This document shows, in pieces, positions 48,983-58,111 of a DNA stretch of 64,000 nt. The notes under the pieces were generated by a model that saw only the letters and a list, made by a program, of their open reading frames with translations, was not told the origin of the DNA and searched no databases. A program made the translations under genes and the position numbers. Position 1 is the first letter of the stretch; every line of letters begins with the position of its first letter. Source of the DNA: Phycisphaerae bacterium (GTDB lineage Bacteria > Planctomycetota > Phycisphaerae > UBA1845 > Fen-1342); contig CAXXWX010000006.1 in assembly GCA_963675745.2 (NCBI GenBank), positions 1 through 64,000 of the forward strand, read 5' to 3'.

Positions 48983-50797
48983 CTACTTGCGCGCCTCTGC
49001 TTCCACCGGCAATTCGATCGTGAACGTCGAGCCCTTGTCCGGCTCGCTGTCGAGCGTGATATCGCCCCCGTGCAGCCGGGCCACCTCGCGCGCAATTGCC
49101 AGTCCCAATCCGGTGCCCTTGATCCCACGCACCTCTTCGCTGTCGGCGCGATAGAACTTGTCAAACACGCGTTCGTGGTCTCCCGGATCGATGCCGATGC
49201 CGGTGTCGCTCACGGCGATTTCGACACAGCGCTCCTGTGCCACCATCACCACCTCCACTCCGCCACCGGCGCGCGTGTACTTGATCGCATTGCCAATCAG
49301 GTTGTTCAGTAGAACCGCCAGCCGCTTCTTGTCGCCACGCACCGGCGGCACCTTCGGCGGGAGCTTCAAACGCAGCTCAACCTGCTTCTCGTCCGCCGCG
49401 GCCAGGTTGTCCTGTACCATCTCACGCAACAGACGCGCAATGTCGATGTTGTTCCACTCGATGCGCACCTTGCCGATCTCGAGCTGAGACAGGCTGAGAA
49501 TGTCCTCTATCAGCGCCGACAGCCGACGTGTCTCGCTGATGATTACGTTGTAACACTCCTTGCGCGTCTGCTCGTCATCAAAGTCGGGTTGACTGAGCGT
49601 CTCAGCGTAGGCCTGAATGTTAGTCAACGGCGTGCGCAGTTCGTGCGTAACGTGATAGAGGAAACTATCCTGGATTCGGCGGCTTTCAAACAGCGGGCTG
49701 ACATCCGAGACGAACAGCACCGGCTCATCGTCGTCGCCGGCCGCCGAACGCAGCATTTGCAGGCGAATCGTCATCGGGTGCTGCTCATCCCCGATGCGTC
49801 TGTCGAGGGCGTGCGCCTGGCTGCCGCTGGGACGTGCTTCCAGCAAAGGTTCCGCACTCTCCGCGCCGATCACGTCCTCCAGCGGACGCCCCACAATCCC
49901 GTCCGCTCCCCCACCAAGTAGCTGTGTCGCGCAGGCATTGGCGTACTTGACCTGCCGGTCATTGTTGACACGCACCACACCAACAGGCAGGCGATCCAAC
50001 AGCCGCCGTAACGAACGACTCTCGAAACGCGAAAGCGCGTCTTCCGGCGACGCGCCCGGACTCACCTGCTGTTCCAGTCGCGCCGCCTGCTGAATCAGTT
50101 GGTTCCAGCCATGCGCCGTCTCCCCCATCGAGTCACTCAGCCCCAACGCCAATAGCTCGCGCTCGATGCCGAGGGCATAGCGGTGCAGGTTGTCCTTGAC
50201 CGCTTCAATCGGTCGCACATGAGCGCGCAGATGGCGGCACAGCACCAGGTACAGCAACAAGGCAGAGAACAGCACCAGCGCTGTCATACCGATCAGAGTC
50301 GGGCGGTAGTCCCCCGCCCGCGCCAACGCCGGCCGGACCACTGCGGTCCCCAACGGCGCGCCGTCGGTACCGAGAACTGTGGCGCGGTATGCCTGATTCG
50401 GCGTTTCGTCTGATGCTGGCGCGGCGGCGGCCTGATCAGCCGTCGGTGCCGGTGGCCACGCGAAACGCACCGACCCCGCCGGGTCTGACCAGGTGATTGA
50501 TTGGAACGACCCCAGCGCGCCCAGGGCCCGATTCACATCGGCGGGCGGCTCGCCCTCGGCGGCGGCGGCCCCGAGAACCGCCGCTACCGCTTCAGCGAGC
50601 AGTTGGCCGCGCGCGGATTCGTGCAACTTCGCTTGTCGTGCCAGCATCAGGTTGGCCGCCAGCGCAACGGAGAGCGCGCCGGCGATAATGATCGCCCCAA
50701 TACCGACACCAACCGTGTCGGGGATTACTCGACCCCACTTCTGCTCGCGACGCGGCATGTTATCGGCGGCAGGTTCCTGATCAGACGCAATGGTCAT
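48983..50797 (-). CDS. Membrane PAS sensor histidine kinase
   Basis: Two TMs, PAS (YANACA), HELRTPL, NLIGNAIKY, DTGIGI, GTGLGL. Confidence 0.94.
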   Translation of the reverse strand: MTIASDQEPAADNMPRREQKWGRVIPDTVGVGIGAIIIAGALSVALAANLMLARQAKLHESARGQLLAEAVAAVLGAAAAEGEPPADVNRALGALGSFQSITWSDPAGSVRFAWPPAPTADQAAAAPASDETPNQAYRATVLGTDGAPLGTAVVRPALARAGDYRPTLIGMTALVLFSALLLYLVLCRHLRAHVRPIEAVKDNLHRYALGIERELLALGLSDSMGETAHGWNQLIQQAARLEQQVSPGASPEDALSRFESRSLRRLLDRLPVGVVRVNNDRQVKYANACATQLLGGGADGIVGRPLEDVIGAESAEPLLEARPSGSQAHALDRRIGDEQHPMTIRLQMLRSAAGDDDEPVLFVSDVSPLFESRRIQDSFLYHVTHELRTPLTNIQAYAETLSQPDFDDEQTRKECYNVIISETRRLSALIEDILSLSQLEIGKVRIEWNNIDIARLLREMVQDNLAAADEKQVELRLKLPPKVPPVRGDKKRLAVLLNNLIGNAIKYTRAGGGVEVVMVAQERCVEIAVSDTGIGIDPGDHERVFDKFYRADSEEVRGIKGTGLGLAIAREVARLHGGDITLDSEPDKGSTFTIELPVEAEARK

Positions 50798-50941
50798 CGG
50801 CGCACCTTTCCCGTGCTTTCATACGCTGGCGCGAATACACACATGGGGGATATCGGAGCAGGTACGTCCATGCTTAAAGAGTGTCGCGCGACGGTCGGAA
50901 TGTGACGAATGTGCGCGTCCGGCGATTCGAGGCCGCCCGTC

Positions 50942-51496
50942 TCACCCGCCGGGGAGTGGAATCGCGCCACCACCATCCAACTGCTGGACTTCAGCGCCGC
51001 CGAGCAACACGCCCAAGTCCGCTGAGGCATCATTCAGCAGAAACTCGCCGGTTGTCGGGTTATAGACCCAACCACAGGGTTCGAGCGACCGCGCAATCGG
51101 TGGACTGGATGTGGAGTCGATCAGCACATCCGCGCTGCCGGCGTTTGCCCCAAGCGGTGCCGGTGGGATGGCGTGCAGGTATGGTCCGTATATGTAAGCG
51201 CCGCCACGCGTGTGCGCTGTGTCGCCAGCGCGCGTCGAGTATTGGGTGAGCTGGTCCGCGAATTCCTCAGCCGTCGGCCCTGGGAAGGCGTTCTCGTGTT
51301 CCAGGGCGTAGTACATGATCGCCGCCCGCACCGCCGACAGATCGCGGGCGGCGGCCGAGATCGACGCCCCCTGGCTTCCGCGGCTGAGTCGCGGAATCGC
51401 GATCGCCGCCAGCAGACCTATAATCACAATGACTACGATCAACTCGACCAGCGAGAAACCACGCCTGGCTGTACAGATAAGCTCAAACCGCCGCAT
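50942..51496 (-). CDS. Type IV pilin / GspG-like (pseudo)pilin 2, paralog of 39194..39697
   Basis: RRG|FSLVELIVVIVIIGLLAAIAIP; shares YGPYL and GWVYNPTTGEFL. Confidence 0.92.
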   Translation of the reverse strand: MRRFELICTARRGFSLVELIVVIVIIGLLAAIAIPRLSRGSQGASISAAARDLSAVRAAIMYYALEHENAFPGPTAEEFADQLTQYSTRAGDTAHTRGGAYIYGPYLHAIPPAPLGANAGSADVLIDSTSSPPIARSLEPCGWVYNPTTGEFLLNDASADLGVLLGGAEVQQLDGGGAIPLPGG

Positions 51497-51655
51497 TGGA
51501 CACCAATGGCCCCGGTGCGCTTGTATCGGTCAGCTTGTGCTGGTACTTGGATCTGTCGTTCTAGAGTCTGGGAATATTGTCGCCGACCAGCGTTGAGAAT
51601 GCCGTAAAACGCGGTGCCAAGACGCAACCTGCAAACGCCTTAGCCTCCGCCATTG

Positions 51656-51943
51656 TCAACCGGTGCTGTCGACGGCACCTCCGTCCGTGAGGGCCTCATC
51701 AGCCGAAGACTCGAGCGATGCAAACGCTCCCTCCACGAATCCGGTGAAGAGCGCGATCAGACCGGCCTGTAAGTTACCCACGGCGGCGTTGCGAAACTGC
51801 ACAAGGTTGTCCTCGGCGGTATCGTTGGAATCACAGCCGACGCTCGCCAGGCACAACGACGCCAACATGATGTACGTCACCGCCGATCGGCATGTACCCC
51901 GCCATGATTGCGCAAGAGTGTGTTTCTGATACGATCTGGTCAT
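51656..51943 (-). CDS. Small hypothetical lipoprotein
   Basis: Hydrophobic stretch plus SVG|C lipobox; GAGGA RBS before ATG 51943. Confidence 0.55.
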   Translation of the reverse strand: MTRSYQKHTLAQSWRGTCRSAVTYIMLASLCLASVGCDSNDTAEDNLVQFRNAAVGNLQAGLIALFTGFVEGAFASLESSADEALTDGGAVDSTG

Positions 51944-52074
51944 CGCTGGCGTCCTCGTCTGGGCTGCTGACACGTATACTCTCGTCTCGTTCATCGGCAG
52001 AATCGCCGACTGACTCGTTCAACGCGTCATGTCTGCGCCCGACTCGCCGGTGCCGATAAAAACAGGGGCCAGCC

Positions 52075-52605
52075 ATGCCACGCGCATCGACCAATCTGAC
52101 GTCGCGGATCTTCAAAACACGCATGGGACCGATGGCATTCGTTGCCGGCGATCGAGGGTTGCGCTGCGTGTATCTGCCGCTGCGCGACATCGATGCGCAA
52201 CGGGACGCACTGCACGCGGATTTTCCGGAGGCAGTCGAGGACCATCAGCTTGCGCCGAGTCTCGTGAGCGAGCTCACCAGGTATTTCGCCGGTGAGCGGG
52301 TGGACTTCAATGTCGAACTCGATTGGACAGGTCACAGCCCGTTCAACGTTCGCGTGTGGCAGGCCTGCCGCAAGGTCGGCTACGGGCACACTGTATCGTA
52401 CGGCGAGCTTGCGTCGCGCATCGGATGTCCGGGCGCGGCCCGCGCCGTTGGTGGAGCAATGGGCCGTAACCCGTTCCCGATCGTGGTGCCCTGCCACCGG
52501 GTGCTCAAGAGTGACGGCACGCTGGGCGGCTATTCTGGTCCGGGTGGCGTTGAGTGGAAGCGCCATCTGCTGGAATTGGAATCAACGGAGCGCGAACGGC
52601 TGTGA
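52075..52605 (+). CDS. ogt: Methylated-DNA-protein-cysteine methyltransferase
   Basis: SYGELA, ARAVG, NP...PCHRV. Confidence 0.95.
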   Translation: MPRASTNLTSRIFKTRMGPMAFVAGDRGLRCVYLPLRDIDAQRDALHADFPEAVEDHQLAPSLVSELTRYFAGERVDFNVELDWTGHSPFNVRVWQACRKVGYGHTVSYGELASRIGCPGAARAVGGAMGRNPFPIVVPCHRVLKSDGTLGGYSGPGGVEWKRHLLELESTERERL

Positions 52606-52618
52606 AACTGCCTATTAC

Positions 52619-52715
52619 GGGTCCCCCACCCCTTGGGGTGGGGGACTGACTGTTGTATCGCGCAAGGCGGCCCGCCGGTCGTCATCCGTCCCCCACGGCA
52701 AGCCGTGGGGCACCC
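52619..52715. repeat. REP-like inverted doublet (CCCCAC-NNN-TT-NNN-GTGGGG family)
   Basis: 28-bp arms 52619-52646 and 52688-52715, each a hairpin, between convergent ogt and cstA. Confidence 0.8.
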
Positions 52716-52736
52716 TTGCAATCGCACACCCGGCTC

Positions 52737-54899
52737 TTATGCATCCAGAACAGTGGCACGCGCGTTGTTGCGCGATATGAGTCGACGGGCGGCGCACAGC
52801 AGTATGCCGGTTGTCATCGCCAGCACGAGGATGGCGGCAATTGTCAGTGGCGCGGTGGCGGTACCGCCGGGGATATATACCCGCGTCAACAGCCGCACCA
52901 GCATCCAGATCGAAGTGGCGAACATGAAGATCGCCGGCAGCAACGTGTACCACAGCGGGCGCTGTTTCGCCGCCAGCCAGCAGGTGGCAACGAGCAGGGC
53001 CAGGGCCGCGAGCAGTTGGTTTGACGAGCCAAAAATCTTCCAGACGGCCTCGTAGCCGTTGGTCAACGCCAGCGCGAGCATCAGTACCACCGCGATGCCG
53101 GAGTTGACCCAGTAGTGTTGCAGCGTTCTCAGCAGGAAGCGCGCGGCGCCGCGGGTGGGGATCGGCGGTGCGGCAGATGGCTCGGGACGGAGGTCGGGGC
53201 GCTCGGCCGTCAGGCCGCCGGTGCCGATCATTTCGAGGGAAGCTGTGGTTGCGGCGTCTCTGCCAGAGGCCGGTCCCGCATGAGCGTTTTTTTCGGCGAA
53301 GACGTCGTAGCGGCCGAAGAATGTCGCCCAACCTTCCTCGATCATGTAACGCGTCAGGCGAATCGCCGTGTCGAGCGTCGTGACCAGGAAGCCCTCGAGC
53401 AGGAGCATGGCTCCCAGTGCGCCGGCGGCGATCGGCAAACCCAGGCCGATATGAGCCGTGTGCCCCACGCTCATCGCGAAAGTAAGCACGGCGTTGCCCT
53501 GGCCGCCGGGGACGCGATACAACTCGTAGTCCGTCATGGACAGGCCGACCAGCACACACGCCACCACGCAGACCGCCAGGAAGCACTCCAACAGCATGCC
53601 GTAGTAGCCGACGTGTCGCGCCGCGCACTCATGGCTGAGCTGCTTGCTGGTAGTGCCGCCGGCACAGAGGCTGTGGAATCCGCTGACGGCGCCGCAGGCG
53701 ATCATCACAAACAGCACCGGCCAGCCAGGGCCCAAGGCCGTGCTGGCGGCGGTCCAGTTGCTGGCGGGGATGCTGGTGCCCGCGGCGAGCGCGCCACCGC
53801 CGCGCAAACCCACACCAAGCAGTGCCACAACCAGGAATGCGATTCCGATGTACAGGATGTGAACGTTGATGAAGTCGCGGCTTTGCAGGAACAGCCACAC
53901 CGGCAGCCCGGCCGAGATCAGCACGTAAGCGCTGATCGCCATCTTCCAGGTGAACTGTGAGACCGGCATGGGCAACAGCGTGCCGATGAAGATCGACAGC
54001 GCGCAGATCCCAATGGCCAGCAGCGAACATATCCAGACGGGCACTTTGCGTTTCAGGTAGAGAAAGCCGATCAACGGCGAGAACAGCGTGATGACCACAA
54101 CGGACGTGGATGCAATGCCGCCGATCAAGGCCCGCTGCTCGTACACAACCACCCGAGGCTGACCTGACTGGTCGGCAGCTTCGCGCTGCACGGTATATGA
54201 ACGCGATCCGTCGGTGAGCCGCCAGCGTGTGCCATCATCGATCGTGGCCAGCACGGCGGCGTCCGAAAGCGGACGGTTTTGTTCGGCAAATCCCGCAGCC
54301 AAATCGGCAAGCAGGGGTTGTGTGGCCGAGTCGGCGACGTCGGCGCCTGATTCACACGCGAGGATCTGCCGGTCGCGCACGCGGAAGAGCTTCTGATCCG
54401 GAGTAATGTGCAAGGTCTCGACGGCGACCTCCGACGTAAGCGCCTTCGCAGAGAGATCCAGAAAAGCCGCACACACCAGCACCAGCAGCGCGACGAGCAT
54501 GCACAACATCATGACGAACGCGCCGCCGCCGATGTAACGTCTCGTGATGACGGCGAGATTCTTGCCGCCTTCGCGGAGTGAGATGTGTGTGGCCACGTAG
54601 TCATGGACGGCGCCGAGGAACACGCCGCCCAGCAGAATCCAAAGCAGGGCCGGCAGCCAGCCGTAGTAAATCGCCAGGATCGGTCCCACGATCGGCCCGG
54701 CACCGGCGATTGAGGCGTAGTGGTGTGCGAAAACGACCGGCGTGCGCGTGGGGACATAGTCGCGGCCGTCGTTTATGCGCACGGCCGGCGTTGGGCGGTC
54801 CGCGCGCTCTCCGAGCACGCGCGCGATAACGGGCGCGTAGTATCTGCCCCCCAGCCACAATGCCGCCGCGGAAACAAGCAGGATGAAGAGGATATTCAT
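52737..54899 (-). CDS. cstA: Carbon starvation protein A (peptide/pyruvate transporter family)
   Basis: TPA...DGRDYVP, HHYASIAGAGPIVGP, GAVHD, LPVWLFLQSRD, IACGAVSGFH, TTLDTAIRL, FGSSNQL. Confidence 0.93.
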   Translation of the reverse strand: MNILFILLVSAAALWLGGRYYAPVIARVLGERADRPTPAVRINDGRDYVPTRTPVVFAHHYASIAGAGPIVGPILAIYYGWLPALLWILLGGVFLGAVHDYVATHISLREGGKNLAVITRRYIGGGAFVMMLCMLVALLVLVCAAFLDLSAKALTSEVAVETLHITPDQKLFRVRDRQILACESGADVADSATQPLLADLAAGFAEQNRPLSDAAVLATIDDGTRWRLTDGSRSYTVQREAADQSGQPRVVVYEQRALIGGIASTSVVVITLFSPLIGFLYLKRKVPVWICSLLAIGICALSIFIGTLLPMPVSQFTWKMAISAYVLISAGLPVWLFLQSRDFINVHILYIGIAFLVVALLGVGLRGGGALAAGTSIPASNWTAASTALGPGWPVLFVMIACGAVSGFHSLCAGGTTSKQLSHECAARHVGYYGMLLECFLAVCVVACVLVGLSMTDYELYRVPGGQGNAVLTFAMSVGHTAHIGLGLPIAAGALGAMLLLEGFLVTTLDTAIRLTRYMIEEGWATFFGRYDVFAEKNAHAGPASGRDAATTASLEMIGTGGLTAERPDLRPEPSAAPPIPTRGAARFLLRTLQHYWVNSGIAVVLMLALALTNGYEAVWKIFGSSNQLLAALALLVATCWLAAKQRPLWYTLLPAIFMFATSIWMLVRLLTRVYIPGGTATAPLTIAAILVLAMTTGILLCAARRLISRNNARATVLDA

Positions 54900-56203
54900 G
54901 CAGGCGTCCCTATTTGGCTCATCACGTCGAAATAGTTGGGGAAGCTCTTGGAGACACAGTCGGCGTCCCTGATGACGATGCCCGACGCGCGCAAACCGGC
55001 CAAGGCGAACGACATGGCCATGCGGTGGTCATCGTAGGTGGCGATTTCAGCGGGTGTGATCTCGGCGGGCGGCTTGACGGTAAGGCCGTCATCACGCGTT
55101 TCGACCACGGCCCCCAGCTTGGCCAGCTCGCGCGCCGTGGCGTCAATGCGGTCGGTCTCCTTGATACGCAGGTTGGCAACGTTGCGCACGTTAGTGGGAC
55201 CGTTGGCAAACAGGGCCGTGACGGCGAGTGTCTGCACCGTATCGGGCATGGCGTTCAGATCCTCATCAACGCCACACAACCGGCCGACCGGCGGCCCTTG
55301 CACTTCTAGGAAGTCCGGTCCTTCGCGAACCTCGCAGCCCATGCGTTCCAGCACATCCACGAAACGCGCGTCGCCTTGATGGCTGGCGCGGGTCAAACCG
55401 TCAACACGCACACAGCCGCCGGTGATGGCCGCCGCCGCCCATAGATAAGTCGCGCCGCTGGCGTCCGGCTCCACCTCGAAGTCGCCCGCACGATAGCGCT
55501 GTGAACTGGCCACCACGTAACGCGGCCCCGCACCCTCCAAGACCTCGACGCCCAGCGCCCGCATCACGTCGATTGTCATGTTGACATACGGGTGACTCGG
55601 TAGGCCGCCTTCGATGGCGATATAGACATCCTGGCAGGCGTAGGGTGCGACCATCAAAATGGCGCTGATGTACTGACTGGATGGCGGCTCGCGAAACTCG
55701 AGCTGCCCACCTTGCAGGCCGCGCGCCTCCATGGTCAGCGGTGGATAACCGGGCACGGCGTCATACCCGATCGCGCCGCCAATGTCGGTCAACGCGTCAA
55801 CGAGTTGACGGATTGGACGCTCGCGCATGCGCGGCGACCCATCCAGCCGATAGCGCCCGCGGCCCAGGCAAGCCAGCGCGGCCAGGAAACGCATCGTGGT
55901 TCCCGCGTTGCCGACGTCAATCTCGGCATCAACCGCCGGCAGAAATCCGCCTCCCCCCTCCAGGCTGATGGTCTCGCGAGCCGCGTCCGTCTCGACGCGC
56001 AAGCCAAGCGCGGAAAGTCCGGCCGCCATGCGCTCGGTGTCGTCACAGATGGCGGCACCGGTGATTGTGCTGTGTCCATCCGCGAGCGCGAGGCAGGTCA
56101 GGAAGCGATTGGTGAGGCTCTTTGATCCCGGCGGGCGGAGGCGCGCATTCACCGCGGCTCCCGGAGCGAGGATGACATCCGCACCTCTGTGCTCGACGCG
56201 CAC
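54896..56203 (-). CDS. aroA: 3-phosphoshikimate 1-carboxyvinyltransferase (EPSP synthase)
   Basis: PGSKSLTNR, GNAGTTMRF, SSQY, EPDAS, LRIKETDRI, DDHRMAM. Confidence 0.97.
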   Translation of the reverse strand: MRVEHRGADVILAPGAAVNARLRPPGSKSLTNRFLTCLALADGHSTITGAAICDDTERMAAGLSALGLRVETDAARETISLEGGGGFLPAVDAEIDVGNAGTTMRFLAALACLGRGRYRLDGSPRMRERPIRQLVDALTDIGGAIGYDAVPGYPPLTMEARGLQGGQLEFREPPSSQYISAILMVAPYACQDVYIAIEGGLPSHPYVNMTIDVMRALGVEVLEGAGPRYVVASSQRYRAGDFEVEPDASGATYLWAAAAITGGCVRVDGLTRASHQGDARFVDVLERMGCEVREGPDFLEVQGPPVGRLCGVDEDLNAMPDTVQTLAVTALFANGPTNVRNVANLRIKETDRIDATARELAKLGAVVETRDDGLTVKPPAEITPAEIATYDDHRMAMSFALAGLRASGIVIRDADCVSKSFPNYFDVMSQIGTPA

Positions 56204-56223
56204 TGGAAATCTCCCTGGTCAGG

Positions 56224-57162
56224 CTAGGCGGCGGGCGCGAGGCGGTAGAGCACCTCCAGCGACCACTCCAGGGCAGGGCGCGCCACGCGCTCATTAGCGC
56301 CGTCACTCAAGCGGCCCAGCGTGACTTCTTCCGCCGTGCTTGCCAGCCAAATACGACAGCTCACGGTCCGATCGTCCGTGAGCCGGTACAGGGCTGGTCG
56401 CCCGTTTTGCGGCGCGGATCCGAGCGCGACCAGCGCCACATCGCCGGCGGCGAACATGGGTGTCATGGAATCATCGCCCAAGCGCACGCCGAACAGCCCG
56501 GGAAACGCGCGCGCCAGTTCGGCACTGCGCAGGAAGTCTCGCCGGCGCTCGTTGACCAGCACCTGGATCGTAGTCACCTCGCGCCAGTCACCCGCCGCGT
56601 ACTCCGTCTTGGGCTCAGCCAAGCGACTGCCGCTCTCGGCGACGATATTCGCGCCGGCCGTCAGGGCCGGAAGGGCTTCTGCTTGTACAAGCGACGCCTG
56701 TTCCAATTGTCGGCCGAGCGTACGGGGTACGTCATCGGGGTCGAAGATGGGCACCAGGTCGCCCTGATCGGGCATCGACAGCGCTCGCTCAGACGCCGGC
56801 CGCGCAGCACCTTTCTCCAGCAGCAGGTCCAGAAATGCCTCAACAGGGGATGCCAACGTTGGGTTGCTGTCGAGGGCGGCGGCCAGACGTGTGAGCAGAT
56901 TCTGATGCCGCGAACGCGTGCCGGAGATCACGACCGTGCCGCGCGCGGCGACGCCGGTCAGGAGCCACTGGAGGTCTTCACCGGTGAGCTCGCACATGCG
57001 CACCAGGGTCTCGCCGGGCGGAATACTGCCGCGTTCGAAGCGTTCATAGTCGCAAAGCGGCAGCCCGAGGCGCTCGGCGAAGACGGCTTTGCCGCGCGCG
57101 CCGAAGTGTTTGCGGCGCAGGTCCGCGATTCGTCGACCCAGTTCCCGCTCGGTACTACCCAC
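56224..57162 (-). CDS. XRE/CI-type HTH regulator with S24-peptidase-like C-terminus
   Basis: LGRRIADLR...FAERLG...RFERG...LQWLLTG; GDDSMTP...GDVALV. GTG start at 57162 is inferred. Confidence 0.8.
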   Translation of the reverse strand: MGSTERELGRRIADLRRKHFGARGKAVFAERLGLPLCDYERFERGSIPPGETLVRMCELTGEDLQWLLTGVAARGTVVISGTRSRHQNLLTRLAAALDSNPTLASPVEAFLDLLLEKGAARPASERALSMPDQGDLVPIFDPDDVPRTLGRQLEQASLVQAEALPALTAGANIVAESGSRLAEPKTEYAAGDWREVTTIQVLVNERRRDFLRSAELARAFPGLFGVRLGDDSMTPMFAAGDVALVALGSAPQNGRPALYRLTDDRTVSCRIWLASTAEEVTLGRLSDGANERVARPALEWSLEVLYRLAPAA

Positions 57163-57194
57163 GTTGTGGTTACGCTCCAGCGCTGGCCTATACC

Positions 57195-57246
57195 TGTGGC
57201 ACCGGTTTTCAATCCGCGATCCGCGCAGATTACAGACCTGTGCCAC
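57195..57246. repeat. Second, degenerate copy of the GTGGCACCGGTTTTCAA REP-like doublet
   Basis: TGTGGCACCGGTTTTCAA identical to 16790-16807; partner ends ...GACCTGTGCCAC at 57246. Confidence 0.7.
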
Positions 57247-57362
57247 CGTTCTGGATGAGGTTCCACGGATTTTACCGTATTTCGGCGGGGGATACGTAGC
57301 CGGTCACCGGCAAAAGATGCGAACGCGGCGGACAAGTGACCGTGAAATCCCGACCGGCGCCC

Positions 57363-58085
57363 CTACCGGGCAGGTTTCAGCTTGAGGCGAATCCGGCCGG
57401 CGGTAATCTCCAACTCCTCCAGCGTGAAGACCACGTCGCCATTGGGCCATATGAACTCGTTGACGTAGGCGAAATCGGCTTTGTCGCTCGCCAGGGCGCC
57501 GCTTTCGCGCGCCAGCCGCGGGGCGTCTATGACGCGCCTGATCCACGCTCGGGGCATCGAAAGCGAGCCGAGCTTCGCGGACGAGATGCGCAGAGCCACC
57601 TGATCGTCGGTGCGTGTAATCTCCAACACGCAGGAGATGATGAGTTCGAGTCCGCTACGCGGCAGCAGTGCGGCCACACGGATGTGGTTACCGTCGAGCA
57701 ACGAGATTTGCGGATATTCCAGCGGGTCAATGGTGACTGTGGCCACGTCGGGCATTTCTGAACGCGCGGTGATCCAGCGGTTCAGTTGCTGCTCGTCAAA
57801 CGTGAGCGTGATGGCGCGGCCGGCATTCAACGCCACCCCGATGCTATCAAGCGATTCGACAAGTGCGCGTTTGTCCTCGGGTAGACGCTCGTAATCGATC
57901 GTGATCGGCGAGAACCAGGCCGGGCGTCGCAGAAGCGAGCAACCCGCGACGATGGTGGCCAGGAACACTATGCCGCTGGTCGTCAACCACACGATGCGCA
58001 GTATGCGCCGCCAGCGTGGCCGGCCGGTTGAGCCACTTGTCTTTGCTTTGCGGGATGTCCGGGGCTGATGGCTGGTACGCGTCAC
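57363..58085 (-). CDS. Membrane-anchored hypothetical protein (YpmS/DUF2140-like)
   Basis: Basic N-terminus, single TM, FDEQQLNRWI, KLGSLSMP. Confidence 0.6.
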   Translation of the reverse strand: MTRTSHQPRTSRKAKTSGSTGRPRWRRILRIVWLTTSGIVFLATIVAGCSLLRRPAWFSPITIDYERLPEDKRALVESLDSIGVALNAGRAITLTFDEQQLNRWITARSEMPDVATVTIDPLEYPQISLLDGNHIRVAALLPRSGLELIISCVLEITRTDDQVALRISSAKLGSLSMPRAWIRRVIDAPRLARESGALASDKADFAYVNEFIWPNGDVVFTLEELEITAGRIRLKLKPAR

Positions 58086-58111
58086 TGGCTGGGTGGCTTG
58101 TCGCTGCGGAC

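Noticed and set aside
51605..51622. Sigma-54 promoter upstream of pilin 2 (TGGCAC, minus strand)
   Set aside because: The -12 GC is absent at the required spacing.
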